From Chiloscyllium plagiosum (Eukaryota), in assembly GCF_004010195.1 (NCBI RefSeq), contig NC_057719.1:83043668-83063667 (forward strand): DNA of 20,000 bases. Reading direction: 5' to 3'. Within the stretch, counting starts at the first letter, position 1, and every line of letters starts with the position of its first letter. Positions 1-11,043 of the stretch are shown in pieces. Position numbers and translations under genes: made by a program. The notes below the pieces were generated by a model. The model did no database searches and had not been told where the DNA came from. It worked only from the letters and a program-made list of their open reading frames with translations.

Positions 1-101
1 TGAGCGTCAAATGACACCACTGTGTTAATATGAACCCCCTTGTACCTTGGTGCATCTGTGTTAAACTGTGTTGTTTTAACCCATAGATGATTCATGGAGA
101 A

Positions 102-362
102 TCTGTCTGTGTGGAGTTTGCACGTTCTCCCTGTGTCTGCGTGGGTTTCCTCCTTCAGTTCAAACATGTGCGGGTTAGATGGATTGGCCACGCTAAATTG
201 CTGTGTAGTGTCCAGGGATGTGCAGCCTAGGTGGATCAGCCGTGGGAAATGCAGGGGATAGGTTGGGGGGCTAGGTCTGGGTGGGTTGCTCCTTGGATGT
301 CTGGTGCAGACTTGATGGGCCGAATGACCTCTTTCCGCACTGTAGGGATTCAATGATTCAAT
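102..362 (+). mobile_element. HE1-type V-SINE, 5'-truncated
   Basis: V-domain core CTGTCTGTGTGGAGTTTGCACGTTCTCCCTGTGTCTGCGTGGGTTTCCTCC and LINE-derived tail ending CTGTAGGGATTCAATGATTC; homologous to copies at 1601-1931 and 15614-15950. Confidence 0.85.
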
Positions 363-499
363 AACGACTATCGCTCCAGAAATCAAGGGGGACACGTAAC
401 AATCTTAATTCATCACCTTTTCAGCCATAGTGATATAAACAAAGAAATTAAAAATTCAGAGATTCCAGTGAAAAGGATTATAACCTAAACTAAGAGAGC

Positions 500-1335
500 T
501 CACTGTGTTCTTCAGCAATACCTTCCAAACATACACCTACCCTGAAGGACAATGGTGGCATGTTTACAGGAACTTGCCCCTGAAATTCACGCATCGTGCT
601 GATTTGGAAAGACTCTGCTGTTTGCCTTCACTGTTACTGGATTAAAGTTATTGGAACTTACTAGTAAAGTGTGGGTGTGTGTGGTTTGCTTGTACAGGAC
701 ACAGATGAGGCCTCTTCTGGAGAACTGTGTCCATTTCTGGTCACCCAGTTATAAGAAGGATATTATTAAGCTGGAGAGGATTCAGAAGAGGTTGATCAGG
801 ATGTTGCCAGGTTTTGAGGGTTTGAGTTTTTGAGTTATGGAGACGGACAGGCTTGGATTTTGTTCACTGGAGTGTAGGAGGTTGTGAGGCGACCTTATAG
901 AAATTTATGAAATAATGAGGGGTGCAGATAGAATTAATGGTGGTTATCTTTTCCCTAGAATGGTGGATTTCAAGACTAGGGAGCATATTTTTAAGGGAGA
1001 GGAGAAAGATTTAAAAAGGACATGAGGGGCAACATTTTTACACAGAGAGTGGTTCATGTGTGGAATAAACTGCCAGAGGAAATGATGGGTGCAGGTACAG
1101 TTATAATGTTTAAAAGACATTTGGATTAGTACATGAATAAGAAATATTTGGAAGGATATGGGCCAAGCGCAGGAAGGTGGGACCCGTTTATTTGGGATTA
1201 TAGTCGGCATGGACTGGTTGGACCGAAAGGTCTGTTTCCATGCTGTATGACTATGTTGTCTCTCCCCATCATCACTTCAGTGTAGGGATGGGTAACAAAT
1301 ACTAATTTCCTCACCCCATCCCAAGGACAAAGATT
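500..1335 (+). mobile_element. Old, degraded LINE 3' end interrupted by the CR1 at 688-1256
   Basis: Segments 500-685 and 1260-1335 (..TAGGGATGGGTAACAAATAC..CATCCCAAG) resemble a shark LINE tail; a similar tail lies on the minus strand at 18380-18440; recognised from memory only. Confidence 0.45.
688..1256 (+). mobile_element. CR1/HER1-type LINE 3' end (ORF2 C-terminus and 3' UTR)
   Basis: Translation LYRTQMRPLLENCVHFWSPSYKKDIIKLERIQKRLIRMLPG matches the CR1 ORF2 C-terminal motif; ends GGTCTGTTTCCATGCTGTATGACTATG. Confidence 0.9.
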
Positions 1336-1600
1336 AACTCAACGGTTTTCTCTGGTGTGGGAGGTGAGCATGTTGATATTGCTTGTAGTTCTCCACCCAG
1401 CCTAAGCCCTGTCGGCTGCCTCAATCACTTGATTCCAAGAGATGTAATCTTATAAACAGAGTGGTCATGAATCTGAATTCAGGTTGTCACTTTGCATAGT
1501 TCGACGTTTTCCAAGCAATTTGGGACTCTTTCAAGAATCTTAATTCTGTTACCCAATGTTTTGCACGTACAATGGTACAATAACACCCACAGCATATTCG

Positions 1601-1931
1601 AACCATAGAATCCCTACAGTGTGGAAGCTGGCCATTTGGCCCATTGAGTCAACACTGACCCTCCAGAGAGCATCCCATCCCTGTAACCCTGCATTTCCCA
1701 TGGCTAACTTACCCAGCCTGCATGCCATGGGCTATTTAGCATGGCCAATCCACCCTGACCTGCACATCTTTGGGATCACCTGTGGGAGGAAACCAGAGCA
1801 CCTGGAGGAAACCCACCCAGACACGGGGAGAATGTGCAAACTCCACACAGACAGTCGCCCGAGGCTGGAATCAAACTGGGTCCCTCGTGCTGTGAGGCAG
1901 CAGCGCTAACCACTGAGCCACTGTGCCATCC
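1601..1931 (-). mobile_element. HE1-type V-SINE, near full length
   Basis: Minus strand reads tRNA-like head (GTGGCTCAGTGG A box, GTTTGATTCC B box), V-domain and LINE-like tail ending CTGTAGGGATTCTATG. Confidence 0.88.
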
Positions 1932-2616
1932 ACGTTTGTGCTGATTGAATCAGTTAACAGATAATAATGTACTGTCTGCCCTTCCTGTCAGTGGTTAATG
2001 CACACTAGCTAATGTACATATGGCAATGTAACAATACATAATATAGTCCCTTCTTGAATTTGCACTAATTGCTAATTGGAAGTTGTGCCAAATGATAGCT
2101 GCCAAGCATCTTCTCAGGCATCGTGCCTAACCTTTCAACAATTCTTGTTCTCTCCACAGTGAGTCCTCAGTTACCAACCAGCTGTTCATTAAATGGCTTT
2201 AATGCCCCGATAACTCATGTATATGGGCACGGGGAAATCCAAGGGCCTGCTTATTATCCAACGTTGCTAGTTCTGCTGACAGTGAACACATCTTGAGAAT
2301 GTGCTTTGTGCCACAGCTCGTTGTTAAAATTAATGAGCAGGTTGAGTGCCAGGGTATATTGCCTGCCATCTCTGCTTCCCGTTTGAAGATTAAAAATGAC
2401 ACACTTTCGGTGAGCTGTTCCCAATGATAACATTGTCACAGGATTCAGAGTGGGCTGGTGCACCTTTACCTGTCTGGATCAGTGAGACCTTCAGTGCTTT
2501 TAACATTTGCAATGTGTTTCAGGAACACCCCACATTGCCTGCTCTTTCTCTCAGGTTGGTGGTTTCAGTGGCTATTAGTTACACACCCAGACAAAAACAA
2601 AGGACCTGAAGACCTG

Positions 2617-2814
2617 AAACAAAAGCAGGACTTGCTGGAGAAACTCAGCAGGTTTGGCAGCTTCTGTGGGAAGAAAGCAGAGTAAACATTTTGAGCCTAG
2701 AATGACTCTTCATCAGTGATCTTCATCTGATTGGACTGAAAATGTTCACTCTGGTTTCTTGCCACAGATGCAGCCAGACCTGCTGAGTTTCTCCAGCAGT
2801 TTCCATTGTTGTTT
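2617..2814. mobile_element. Palindromic Penelope-like terminal-repeat derivative with hammerhead-like motif
   Basis: Inverted arms, e.g. TGCTGGAGAAACTCAGCAGGT (2633-2653) / ACCTGCTGAGTTTCTCCAGCA (2778-2798); minus strand 2716-2685 reads CTGATGA-a-GAGTC-attcta-GGCTC-AAAATGTT. Confidence 0.7.
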
Positions 2815-2948
2815 AGCTATACGCCCGGATTTTGTTTTGGGAGGGGGTGTGAGCTGTACTTTACCGATGATTATTTAGGAATACATACTAAGAAATTCTT
2901 CAACCGAAACCAGCAGTTTGAAATGGACATTGTCTTCTTGAATAAATG

Positions 2949-3163
2949 ATGTGGAACTACCGGTGTTGGGCTGGGGTGCACTAGGTCAGAAGTCACGTAA
3001 CACAAGGTTATGGTCCAACAGGTTTATTTGAAAATCAAAAGTTTTCAGAGCACTGTTGCTTTGTCTGGTAGAGTCTCCACCTGACTAAGGAACAGCGCTC
3101 CGAAAGCTTGTGACTTGAAACAAACCTGTTGGACTATAAACAGGTGTCGTGTGACTTCTGTTT
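2949..3163. mobile_element. Second palindromic Penelope-like element with 11-bp TSD
   Basis: Inverted arms CAGAAGTCAC..GTCCAACAGGTTT / AAACCTGTTGGAC..GTGACTTCTG (2987-3160); flanked by TTGAATAAATG at 2938-2948 and 3164-3174; CTGACTAAGGAACAGCGCTCCGAAAGCTT at 3081. Confidence 0.72.
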
Positions 3164-3547
3164 TTGAATAAATGGTCAGTAAGCCTTAACTTATTCTTTT
3201 ACAAGCTTGTAATGCTGTGACATAAACCACGATTAAAAGCAGTATCTTAGTTCCCCTTATAGTCAGCTGTGAAGAGATACCATCCAGTACAGAATTAGAT
3301 CATGAGGATGTGAAGTTTCTAAGCTCAATTTCCATTACCATATATAGTTGTGTAAAAGGTGAATTTTTAGACTTTTTTTTAAGGTTAAATTTATGGGGTC
3401 AACCATGGATACTACTTTTGAGGGACTGAAATTCAGGCTACAGTCCAAAATACCATATTATCAGCATAAGTCCAATTGATCTCTACACAAATAAAGAAAA
3501 AAAGCACAATGAATTATGATAATATCACTGTATTCCATCAGCGCTGC

Positions 3548-4669
3548 TGTTGATGTATATTTTGTTCCACAAATTCAGATGACACAAGTTTCTTGTCAAC
3601 TGTAGATGCTTTATTATCGGACAGCCGGTGAGAGATTCTCAATGTCCTCAAAAGTAGTCGTGTGTCTACTTGTGGTAACTCTTAGAGTCATAGAGATGTA
3701 CAGCATGGAAACAGACCCTTCGGTCCAACCCGTCCATGCCGACCAGCTATCCCAACCCAATCTAGTCCCACCTGCCAGCACCAGGCCCATATCCCTCTAA
3801 ATCCTTCCTACTCATATACCCATCCANNNNNNNNNNNNNNNNNNNNNNNNNNNNNNNNNNNNNNNNNNNNNNNNNNNNNNNNNNNNNNTTGTAAATCTTT
3901 TCTGAACCCTTTCAAGTTTCACAACATCTTTCCGATAGGAAGGAGACCAGAATTGCACGCAATATTCCACCAGTGGCCTAACCAATGTCCTGTACAGCTG
4001 CAACATGACCTCCCAACTCCTGTACTCAATACTCTGACCAATAAAGGAAAGCATACCAAACGCCGCCTTCACTATCCTATCCACCTGCAACTCCACACAC
4101 AAAGGCAGTACCTTTTGTAGGAATAATACAAAAAGTCTATAAGTCACATGGTTGATTATCGTTACATTGTTCAAGATGGGCAATTATAATTTTATAAGGC
4201 CCGATGAACGTAGATGTCCTGCGATAACAAGTAAATGGATTACAGGGACTGATTATCGTATTCTTCATGGTCTTGTGTTGATGGGAAGAGATTAAAACAG
4301 AAGGGTTTTGCCTGTTCTCAGTGGGGATTCACATACCTATGCTAATATGGAGAGGAAGCAAGATAATGGGAGCAGGAGGCAGTTTAACAGGATTGTGGCC
4401 AAGGCTATCAGTCTTGTCTGGGGAGGACAAATACCTTTGCCTCAGGCTGCAGAGGAATCCACATGTGTGGCTCCAATGGATTCCTTCTCTAAGATTCAGT
4501 CAGCCTCCTCCCTACTGAGATTCTCTGTCTCTTCTGTAAGAGGACATACATAATTGATACTGCAGTGAGTCTCTTTGGTAGTGGAATGTTTAACCCTTGA
4601 GTCCCCGGTATGCCTTGACAGAGAAGTAAAACATGGCACTGATCCCTTTGTGGCTTTCAAACTTTCTCA
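3548..4669 (-). repeat. ERV 3' LTR (interrupted by a CR1 fragment)
   Basis: Direct repeat of 11133-11841; minus strand starts TGAGAAAG and ends ATCAACA; AATAAA at 3615-3610. Confidence 0.95.
3681..4096 (-). mobile_element. CR1/HER1 LINE 3' fragment inserted in the 3' LTR (spans an N gap)
   Basis: Translation SWEVMLQLYRTLVRPLVEYCVQFWSPSYRKDVVKLERVQKRFT; tail CTCTATGACTCTAAG; absent from the 5' LTR. Confidence 0.92.
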
Positions 4670-4681
4670 TTCCCTCCTACT
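4670..4681 (-). promoter_or_regulatory. Polypurine tract
   Basis: AGTAGGAGGGAA immediately precedes the TG of the 3' LTR on the minus strand. Confidence 0.85.
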
Positions 4682-4715
4682 GATCATTCGATGATCAACC
4701 AGGTCCCCTCAGAAC

Positions 4716-5941
4716 CTAAAACGCAAACAACAGTGACCATAAGCACTGGAGCACTAGAATGCAGGCGATTACGATTAGTATTGTAATTCCGATATGTACC
4801 AGCAGGCTTCCCAGTCCTCCAAGAATGCCCCGTAGTGGCCACCGCTCCATGCCATTGTTAAACCCATTGTCAAGAGTTTGGAGAGTCTGGATTTGCTGTG
4901 TGATGTGTTTAGAGAGGTCAATGATGTTAGTGCACTCATCAGGGATGTAGGTGCAGTATTCCGCCCCAGCAATAGCACAGGTACCCACCCTCCTTAGCCA
5001 GCAGGAAGCCCAGGACCAAATGATTCTGGAGGGCCACAGTCCTAACTGCAAGTAGCTCTGCATTAATTTCAGTTAAAGCACGAGTCGTATCATTGGTAAC
5101 CCTTTCCCACACGGTCCTGAGCTTACAAGGTTCTTGGGCATGTAAATAGATTCCCGTTGGGGAGAGAACATTCCCACCGAGGTGAGGAACCCAATGAGGG
5201 ACCTTCTGGGTCTCAGGGGTGAGGGTAAGTTTTCCAAAACGTGAATGCAGAGTACAACATACCCCATGTAACACGACCCCCCTCCAATCAGAGCGAAGCC
5301 AGAAACCTGCAAATGCAATATGTGCCACTGTAAGCTGTTAATGTGGAAACTGCACCCCCCCGGCCCACCACAGCCTGGGAGCAGGGTTATCCCAGAGGCA
5401 GCCTGATGTTCTGTTTGAGACAGCAGACCAATCAAATACAAAGAAGCCATATCCTGGTAAATTCTGAGTAGGTTTGACCCAGGGGATAGCGAAACAGAAC
5501 TTACTCATCCCTGCATAAGTAGTTTGAGAAGGTTTCCCCTTCCCGCCTGAAACAAATGGTGTCATTGACAGTGTTGTTGAGAACGACAAGGGAGAGAGGT
5601 CTATGCAATTGGTTGTAATTAGGTTGATAGCAGTCCCTGAATGAGGTCAGGTTGTACCCTGCCGACTGCCATTCCCGTGGGTCATCAGTGTTAGCAAGAT
5701 CACCGGAAAGGGCTTTGACGCAGTAGCCACTTCATGCAAGTGGACAGGTACAGGCCACAAAGGGACTCCCCGTACCGAGTGGGGTGGCATGTGGCCACAT
5801 GCTCAGCAGCAGGTGTCTCTCCCCATTACACAGGCTGTCTGGTAGGCCAGGTGCAAAAAGGGATTATGCATCGGGGGGTCAATTTGAAATCCCATTTGTT
5901 CCCAAGGACCCATTTCCCAAAGTCACAAGTATGGAAAACAT
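4716..5941 (-). pseudogene. env: Retroviral env (gamma-type SU/TM), frameshifted
   Basis: NPFLHLAYQTAC..C*AC (CWxC with TGG>TGA at 5808-5797); furin site RPRR; immunosuppressive domain ALQNHLVLGFLLAKEGG; CX6CC-like CAIAGAEYC then TYIPD; hydrophobic anchor LLVHIGITILIVIACILVL; spread over several frames. Confidence 0.9.
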
Positions 5942-5949
5942 CTTTGTCC

Positions 5950-7160
5950 TTAGTTGGTGTCGGCTTCCACACTGACTCTTTTGCAGTCAGTTCTGTGTAT
6001 CCACTGGGGGTGCCCTTGTACTTTCACAGCCGTGGAAATGGTCAACAGCACCTGGAATGGTCCTTTCCATCATGGTCCCAGGTTCTTTCGTTCCCAGTAG
6101 ACACTGCCGCCAAGCAGGCAGCCTTACACCTGACTTTCCTGGTTCCGTTGGACTCACAGCAACACCTCGTTACAAAAGGTATGAGGACTGGTATGCCAGA
6201 GCTAGGTGAGATACATCACTTACAGGGGGACAGCCCTGCAGAGGAACACAGATGAAATCCTCTGGCTCAGCAGGGGGGGGGTAGTCCCCTTCAAGCAGGT
6301 TGTCGCTCTCTTGGTAAGCCTGGCATACCTGCAAATGCAAACTTTGGTGAGTTTTGGTTAGCCCCTGTAGGTACACCCCCATCTCCTCTCCCAAGGTGTT
6401 CATATCCAATCTCTCGGGGAGGAGGGGGTTGGACTATTGCAGGTCCTCATGGGCTTCCCATAAATCACCTCAGCAGGAGACAGACCTGTTTTGCTTGAAG
6501 GGGTAACCCTCATGTGGAGTAGGGCCAAGGGTAGGACCTTCAACCAACTTAGGCCTGTTTCCTGTTTTAGCTTCGTCAGCTTATTTTTTTAGGGTACCAT
6601 TTGCTCGTTCCACCACTCCAGCCACTTTTGGGTGATTAGTGCAGTGGAATTATTGATTTATTGCAAGTTCCCTGCAGATCCCCTGGTTAATTTTAGCCAT
6701 GACGTGTGGCCCATTGTCTGAGCCTATTGTCTCTGGGAGTCCACAGCAGGGAATTATTTCCCTCAACAATATTTTTACCATTGTTGCAGCCATGGTATCC
6801 CTTGTCGGGATTGCCTCAGTCCATCCACTGAAGATATCTACTGTTACCAAACAATACTTATAACATAGTACCCTGGGTAATTCTATGAAGTCTAGTTGTG
6901 GACAATTGAAAGGCCCACCAGGCAAGGGGGTAGTCCCAGAAACGCAAGGCATCCCTTTCCCAGCATTTGTCTTTTTGCGGATCAACCATGCTTTGGCTTG
7001 TTTCTCAGCCTTTGTTTTGGGAATCAGGGTGCTACCAGGTTTGTAGCAAAGTACTGACCATTCCCTCATTGCCTAGGTGTGTACAGTTATGTACATAATC
7101 CACCAAGATTGGTGAAAGTAAGGAAGGAATACAGATTTGACCCACAGTTTGGTATGAACA
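5950..7160 (-). pseudogene. pol: Retroviral integrase (pol 3' part), disrupted
   Basis: HNCTH zinc-finger half, CxxC decayed to WLIR; QLDFIELP, VDIFSGW, SDNGPH, GVVERANGTLK catalytic core; C-terminal WKGPFQVLLTISTAVKVQGHPQWIH ending at the stop at 5952-5950. Confidence 0.93.
6097..6252 (+). repeat. Inverted, diverged copy of the RNase H/integrase junction (7191-7346)
   Basis: Plus strand encodes DTAAKQAALHLTFLVPLDSQQHLVTKGMRTGMPELGEIHHLQGDSPAEEHR versus minus-strand DVAANQAALHPAFLIPLGSQQHLVTKGTRTDMPELGEIHHLQGDSPAEEHR. Confidence 0.95.
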
Positions 7161-7790
7161 TCAAGGGTGCACCCCATCTGTGACCCACAGTCTGTGTTCC
7201 TCTGCGGGGCTGTCCCCCTGTAAGTGATGTATCTCACCCAGCTCTGGCATATCCGTCCTCGTGCCTTTTGTAACGAGATGTTGCTGTGAGCCCAATGGGA
7301 TCAGGAAAGCGGGGTGTAAGGCAGCCTGGTTGGCAGCGACATCTACTTGCGCGTTGCCCTTGGAGATTCTGTCAGCGGCACCAGTGTGAGCTAAACATTT
7401 GATCACTGCTAGGCTGGACAGTAACTGTGAGGCCTGCAAAAGATTATGTACAAAAACCGCGTTACTAATGGGTTGCCCCATGGAGGTTAATGGTCCCCTA
7501 TGCTCCCATAAGGTGCCGTGGTCGTGGGCAACGCCGAAAGCATAGCGAGAGTCCGTATAGATATTGGCTGAACTCCCTTCCGCCAGGATGCAAGCCTGAG
7601 TGAGGGCAAACAATTCAGCCTTCTGTGCTGACAGTGGAGCCTCAATGCCTGCACATTCAACCACTTCAGAATCCGTAGCAATCACTTATCCAGAGCATTG
7701 CTGACCTGTGGGTGAAATAAAGGAGCTGCCATCCACATAAAAAGTGAAGTCCGCATGTGGTATTCCGGTCCCAATGAAATCCCTCGGTCC
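7161..7790 (-). pseudogene. pol: Retroviral RNase H domain (pol)
   Basis: FYVDGSS, SAQKAELFALTQAC, NIYTDSRYAFGVAH, VIKCLAH, GNAQVDVAA motifs; an in-frame stop near 7686. Confidence 0.93.
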
Positions 7791-8680
7791 TGGCTGAAGG
7801 TGTGAGGTGATCGTGGGGCAGCTGAACAAACTCAGTTTGTGTGTGACCTTTAGAGCGCAACTTGGGGTCATTCTGACCATCCCAGTAATAAATAAGGGCT
7901 CTCCTCATCAGTGTGCTGGTGTTCTCAGACCAATCCATGTTACATGTGCGTACCATGTCCACGACACTCGAGGTGTCCTCTTTGAATCTGTCGTTTCAAT
8001 CATCGTAAGTGTGGACTGGTCCATTTCTATCACCCTCGCCCATTTGTTCCTGCCACTTAGTAACTCCTTCGGGTGACAGGATCGTACAACAGGGGGCAAA
8101 CAGATCCCAGGGTGTGGCATTGTCCATTTGAATTGTGTACCGGACATATTGGGTGAATTGCTAAGGTTTATATTTAGCGATCCGGAGCCTGATTCATTAT
8201 CACGATCACCTCTTGGGGTTTCCACGGGACAGAGACCTTGATAATTGGTAGCTCATCTCCCTCATCTGCCTTGGGTTTCAGTCGCTGTCTTATGAGGAGC
8301 ATAGTTTTGGGAGGTGGGGTGGGGGGGGGGGGGGTGGGTGACATGGAGATGGTGAACTCCAATGCGAAAATAATAGGGTGCCGCTGGTTTCCCAGAGTGC
8401 ATCTTAACCTGATCAGCTATACTGGTTTTCTCAGGACTTGGGTACAGCAGCAGGGACGGAGTCATAGGTGGCTCAACGAGTGGCTCCAGTGCACTAGGGT
8501 AACATTCCCATTCCCCCTCTATCATTCCCTCCCTCCTCAAACAGGGTCGGTATGCCAGACCTGAGCGCGGGATCCCGAGAAGTGTTTAGGTTCTCTCTAC
8601 AGCTTTGTTGCTTTAGTCCCTCTTGTTTATCTTATTCAACTTTAGCTTCTTTATGCTGTTTCTCCTGTTCCCTTTTTTTT
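7790..8680 (-). pseudogene. gag: gag remnant (charged/proline-rich region and capsid-like region)
   Basis: Position upstream of pol; KREQEKQHKEAK charged stretch, Pro-rich segment, VSVPWKPQE and NMDWS capsid-like motifs; many frameshifts. Confidence 0.65.
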
Positions 8681-11043
8681 AAAAGTCATTAATACATCCA
8701 ATTTCAACATCTAAGAGATGTATTGCCTCCATACTGTGCAGAAACAGTAGTGTAAAAAATCCCATTAATTAGATTTGTCCCACTCCTAGGCAAGCTTATC
8801 GAGTAAAAATAAAAGTGGCTACTGCAATTCAACCTCTTGTTTCAGTGCTTTGCATGAGGAACATAAAGTCTCACTTTCCCTTAATGGTTGCTCACTTGCT
8901 ATGCTACCCTCATGTTTCCTCATATTGCCCTAACTTCTGTCACCAGTTGAACATTAATCAATACAGCCATCCTTTAAAGTAACCAGGAGGCAATGACAGA
9001 TCACTGACAATGTGGAAAGGTATAAAGCTTTGCAAATTAATTAATTAGCTGCGATAATGCAGTTCAGGATAGTACAAATTGTTTTAAAATATTGAGTAAT
9101 GAGCATATTTAATGAGAGATGGAAACTGAACAAGTGACTGGACATCACACTGTGAAGTAATAGGAACAAAGAAACAGATTTCAAACTCACAGAAATGAGT
9201 CAAATCTGCTCAGTGTTATATCTATGAAACTGTATCAGGATTGTTCAATTCCATGCATATCCCACTCAGCTGACCAAATCACAAGTTTTTTTCCTAGCGT
9301 GTAGGAGTTTAAGAGTCTTCAATATAAACTGGAAATTCATTTAATCAAAATCCAACGCTATCATGTAGAATGTGTCCAGTTCCCAACTCTGAACTCCATT
9401 ATAATTACCTGGTTCTAGTCTTTCAATATAAATCCCCGATTGGTTTTTTTCCCAAGCAGTTCTGATCAGTCATTGCTCATTTATAATGTCCTAGGCTGTG
9501 AACTGACTGTGGCAGCATTAATAAAAGTCTTGTCAAGATGCTTCATATGCACAAATAATGACTAATCCAAAGACACAGATATTTATAACAGTCTCTTAAC
9601 CTTTGTTACATGATTTTCTTTTGCAAGATAATGTTGAACTGCACTTCAGTTCTCAGTGAGGAAGGGACATTGACATAGAATAAAGCTACGACTTGCACTT
9701 CATCCTAACATACTTAAAATTAGGTGGAGGTAAATGAGTCTGAAACAAAGATTCAATTCAACCAGTATCATTTTCTGAAAACAATATTGTTGGTTTTGGT
9801 ATATCCAGATCGACCATTATACTCTGTTTTTCAATTTTTTAATTAAACTATACAAAGTTCACTGTAATTCCTCCACTTAATGAACAAATGTTAAAGTCTG
9901 AGGGGATTTTCCTCAATGTTAGGTTTAGATTTTATTTTAAGACATGAGCAAATAAGTTTCACAAATCACCAGCACTTTCCATCCAGACACTAGGACCCCG
10001 TTGAGTACTGACACGTGTAACATGTAGCCCAGTATTGAGAATTGTAACAGCCTCCCCTCTGCGTGGAGAGGTACTGAGGGGAATAGGGTGATAGGGTGGT
10101 GTAAGGGCCTCCGGAAGGAGCCCTCGGGATGCTGTCTGCGATCTCTTCAATTTAAGGGCACTGATGGCCCCCAGCCACCTTCCCAAACACATCTAGGCAT
10201 TGGATCACATGAATCCTACCCCACAAAGGGTCTCCGCACCCACCTCTCCCCCCACCCCCACCTTACTCTTGCAATGGGGCACTTCTGTGTCCTCCGTGAG
10301 ATGGCAGACTGGCATTTGACCACCCTTCTCTGTGAGACAAGACTGGCTTCTCCCAGGGGGCAGCCTTTCTCTGGCATTTTAGAGTTCAGTCTACCGCTCT
10401 GTAAGCAAATAAACAAGAAACCAAGAACAAACAACACCCAACCCACACAGACAGGACTAAACACTGGCACCCTGGTCAATTGTTTTAATGCGATCGCAAT
10501 TAAAAGTGCAAAGTCATAATTTTGGAATCAATTCACCATTCAAATGAAAGCTTTCACCACACATACCATCACAATCACTCAAAATTTCGAACTGGATATC
10601 CTTTCATTTGTATATAACAGTTTACCAAAATGACCAATCTCTCAGAGGGGCCTACAACCCCTATAATCATTTTCCTGATCAGGTATTTTCTCACAGATTG
10701 TCCCCCTTCCCAACTATATAGAGGGACTGTCCCATTTTACCTAATGACTCCTTGCTCCGCTGTAAACAATTTCCACCAGCCATAGCTGAAAGAGACAGCT
10801 CCCTAAACCAAATCTGTCAGGTAGTGATGAACGTTTCCTTGACCAGGGTCCCCAGTCTCGACAGGAACAATACAGAATAGCCAATGCCACCCCGCAGCAA
10901 TTCAGAGCAATCTGACAAAACTTTCCGACCTTACAAGCTGGGTCCGGGTGGTTCATTTAACCTCTTCAAGATACCAGTTCCACTGGGTGACGGACAGATT
11001 GTCTGACTGAACACAAGAAGTAGTCTGGGGTAAAGTACCTTAC

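Noticed and set aside
1556..1909. 117-aa ORF (and similar ORFs at 15441-15835)
   Set aside because: Chance reading frames through HE1 SINE sequence
1940..2600. Unique TAAT-rich stretch with short ORFs, possible exon or conserved element
   Set aside because: No recognisable protein motif or convincing splice pair; conservation cannot be judged here
4308..4553. Apparently conserved ~80-aa ORF repeated at 11490-11729
   Set aside because: Antisense to the provirus, non-ATG starts, and conserved only because both lie in LTR copies
5734..6255. 173-aa plus-strand ORF as an antisense viral gene
   Set aside because: Chimera of antisense env/integrase and the inverted pol insert
8315..8340. G-run with G-quadruplex potential
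   Set aside because: Simple homopolymer expansion in Pro-rich gag sequence
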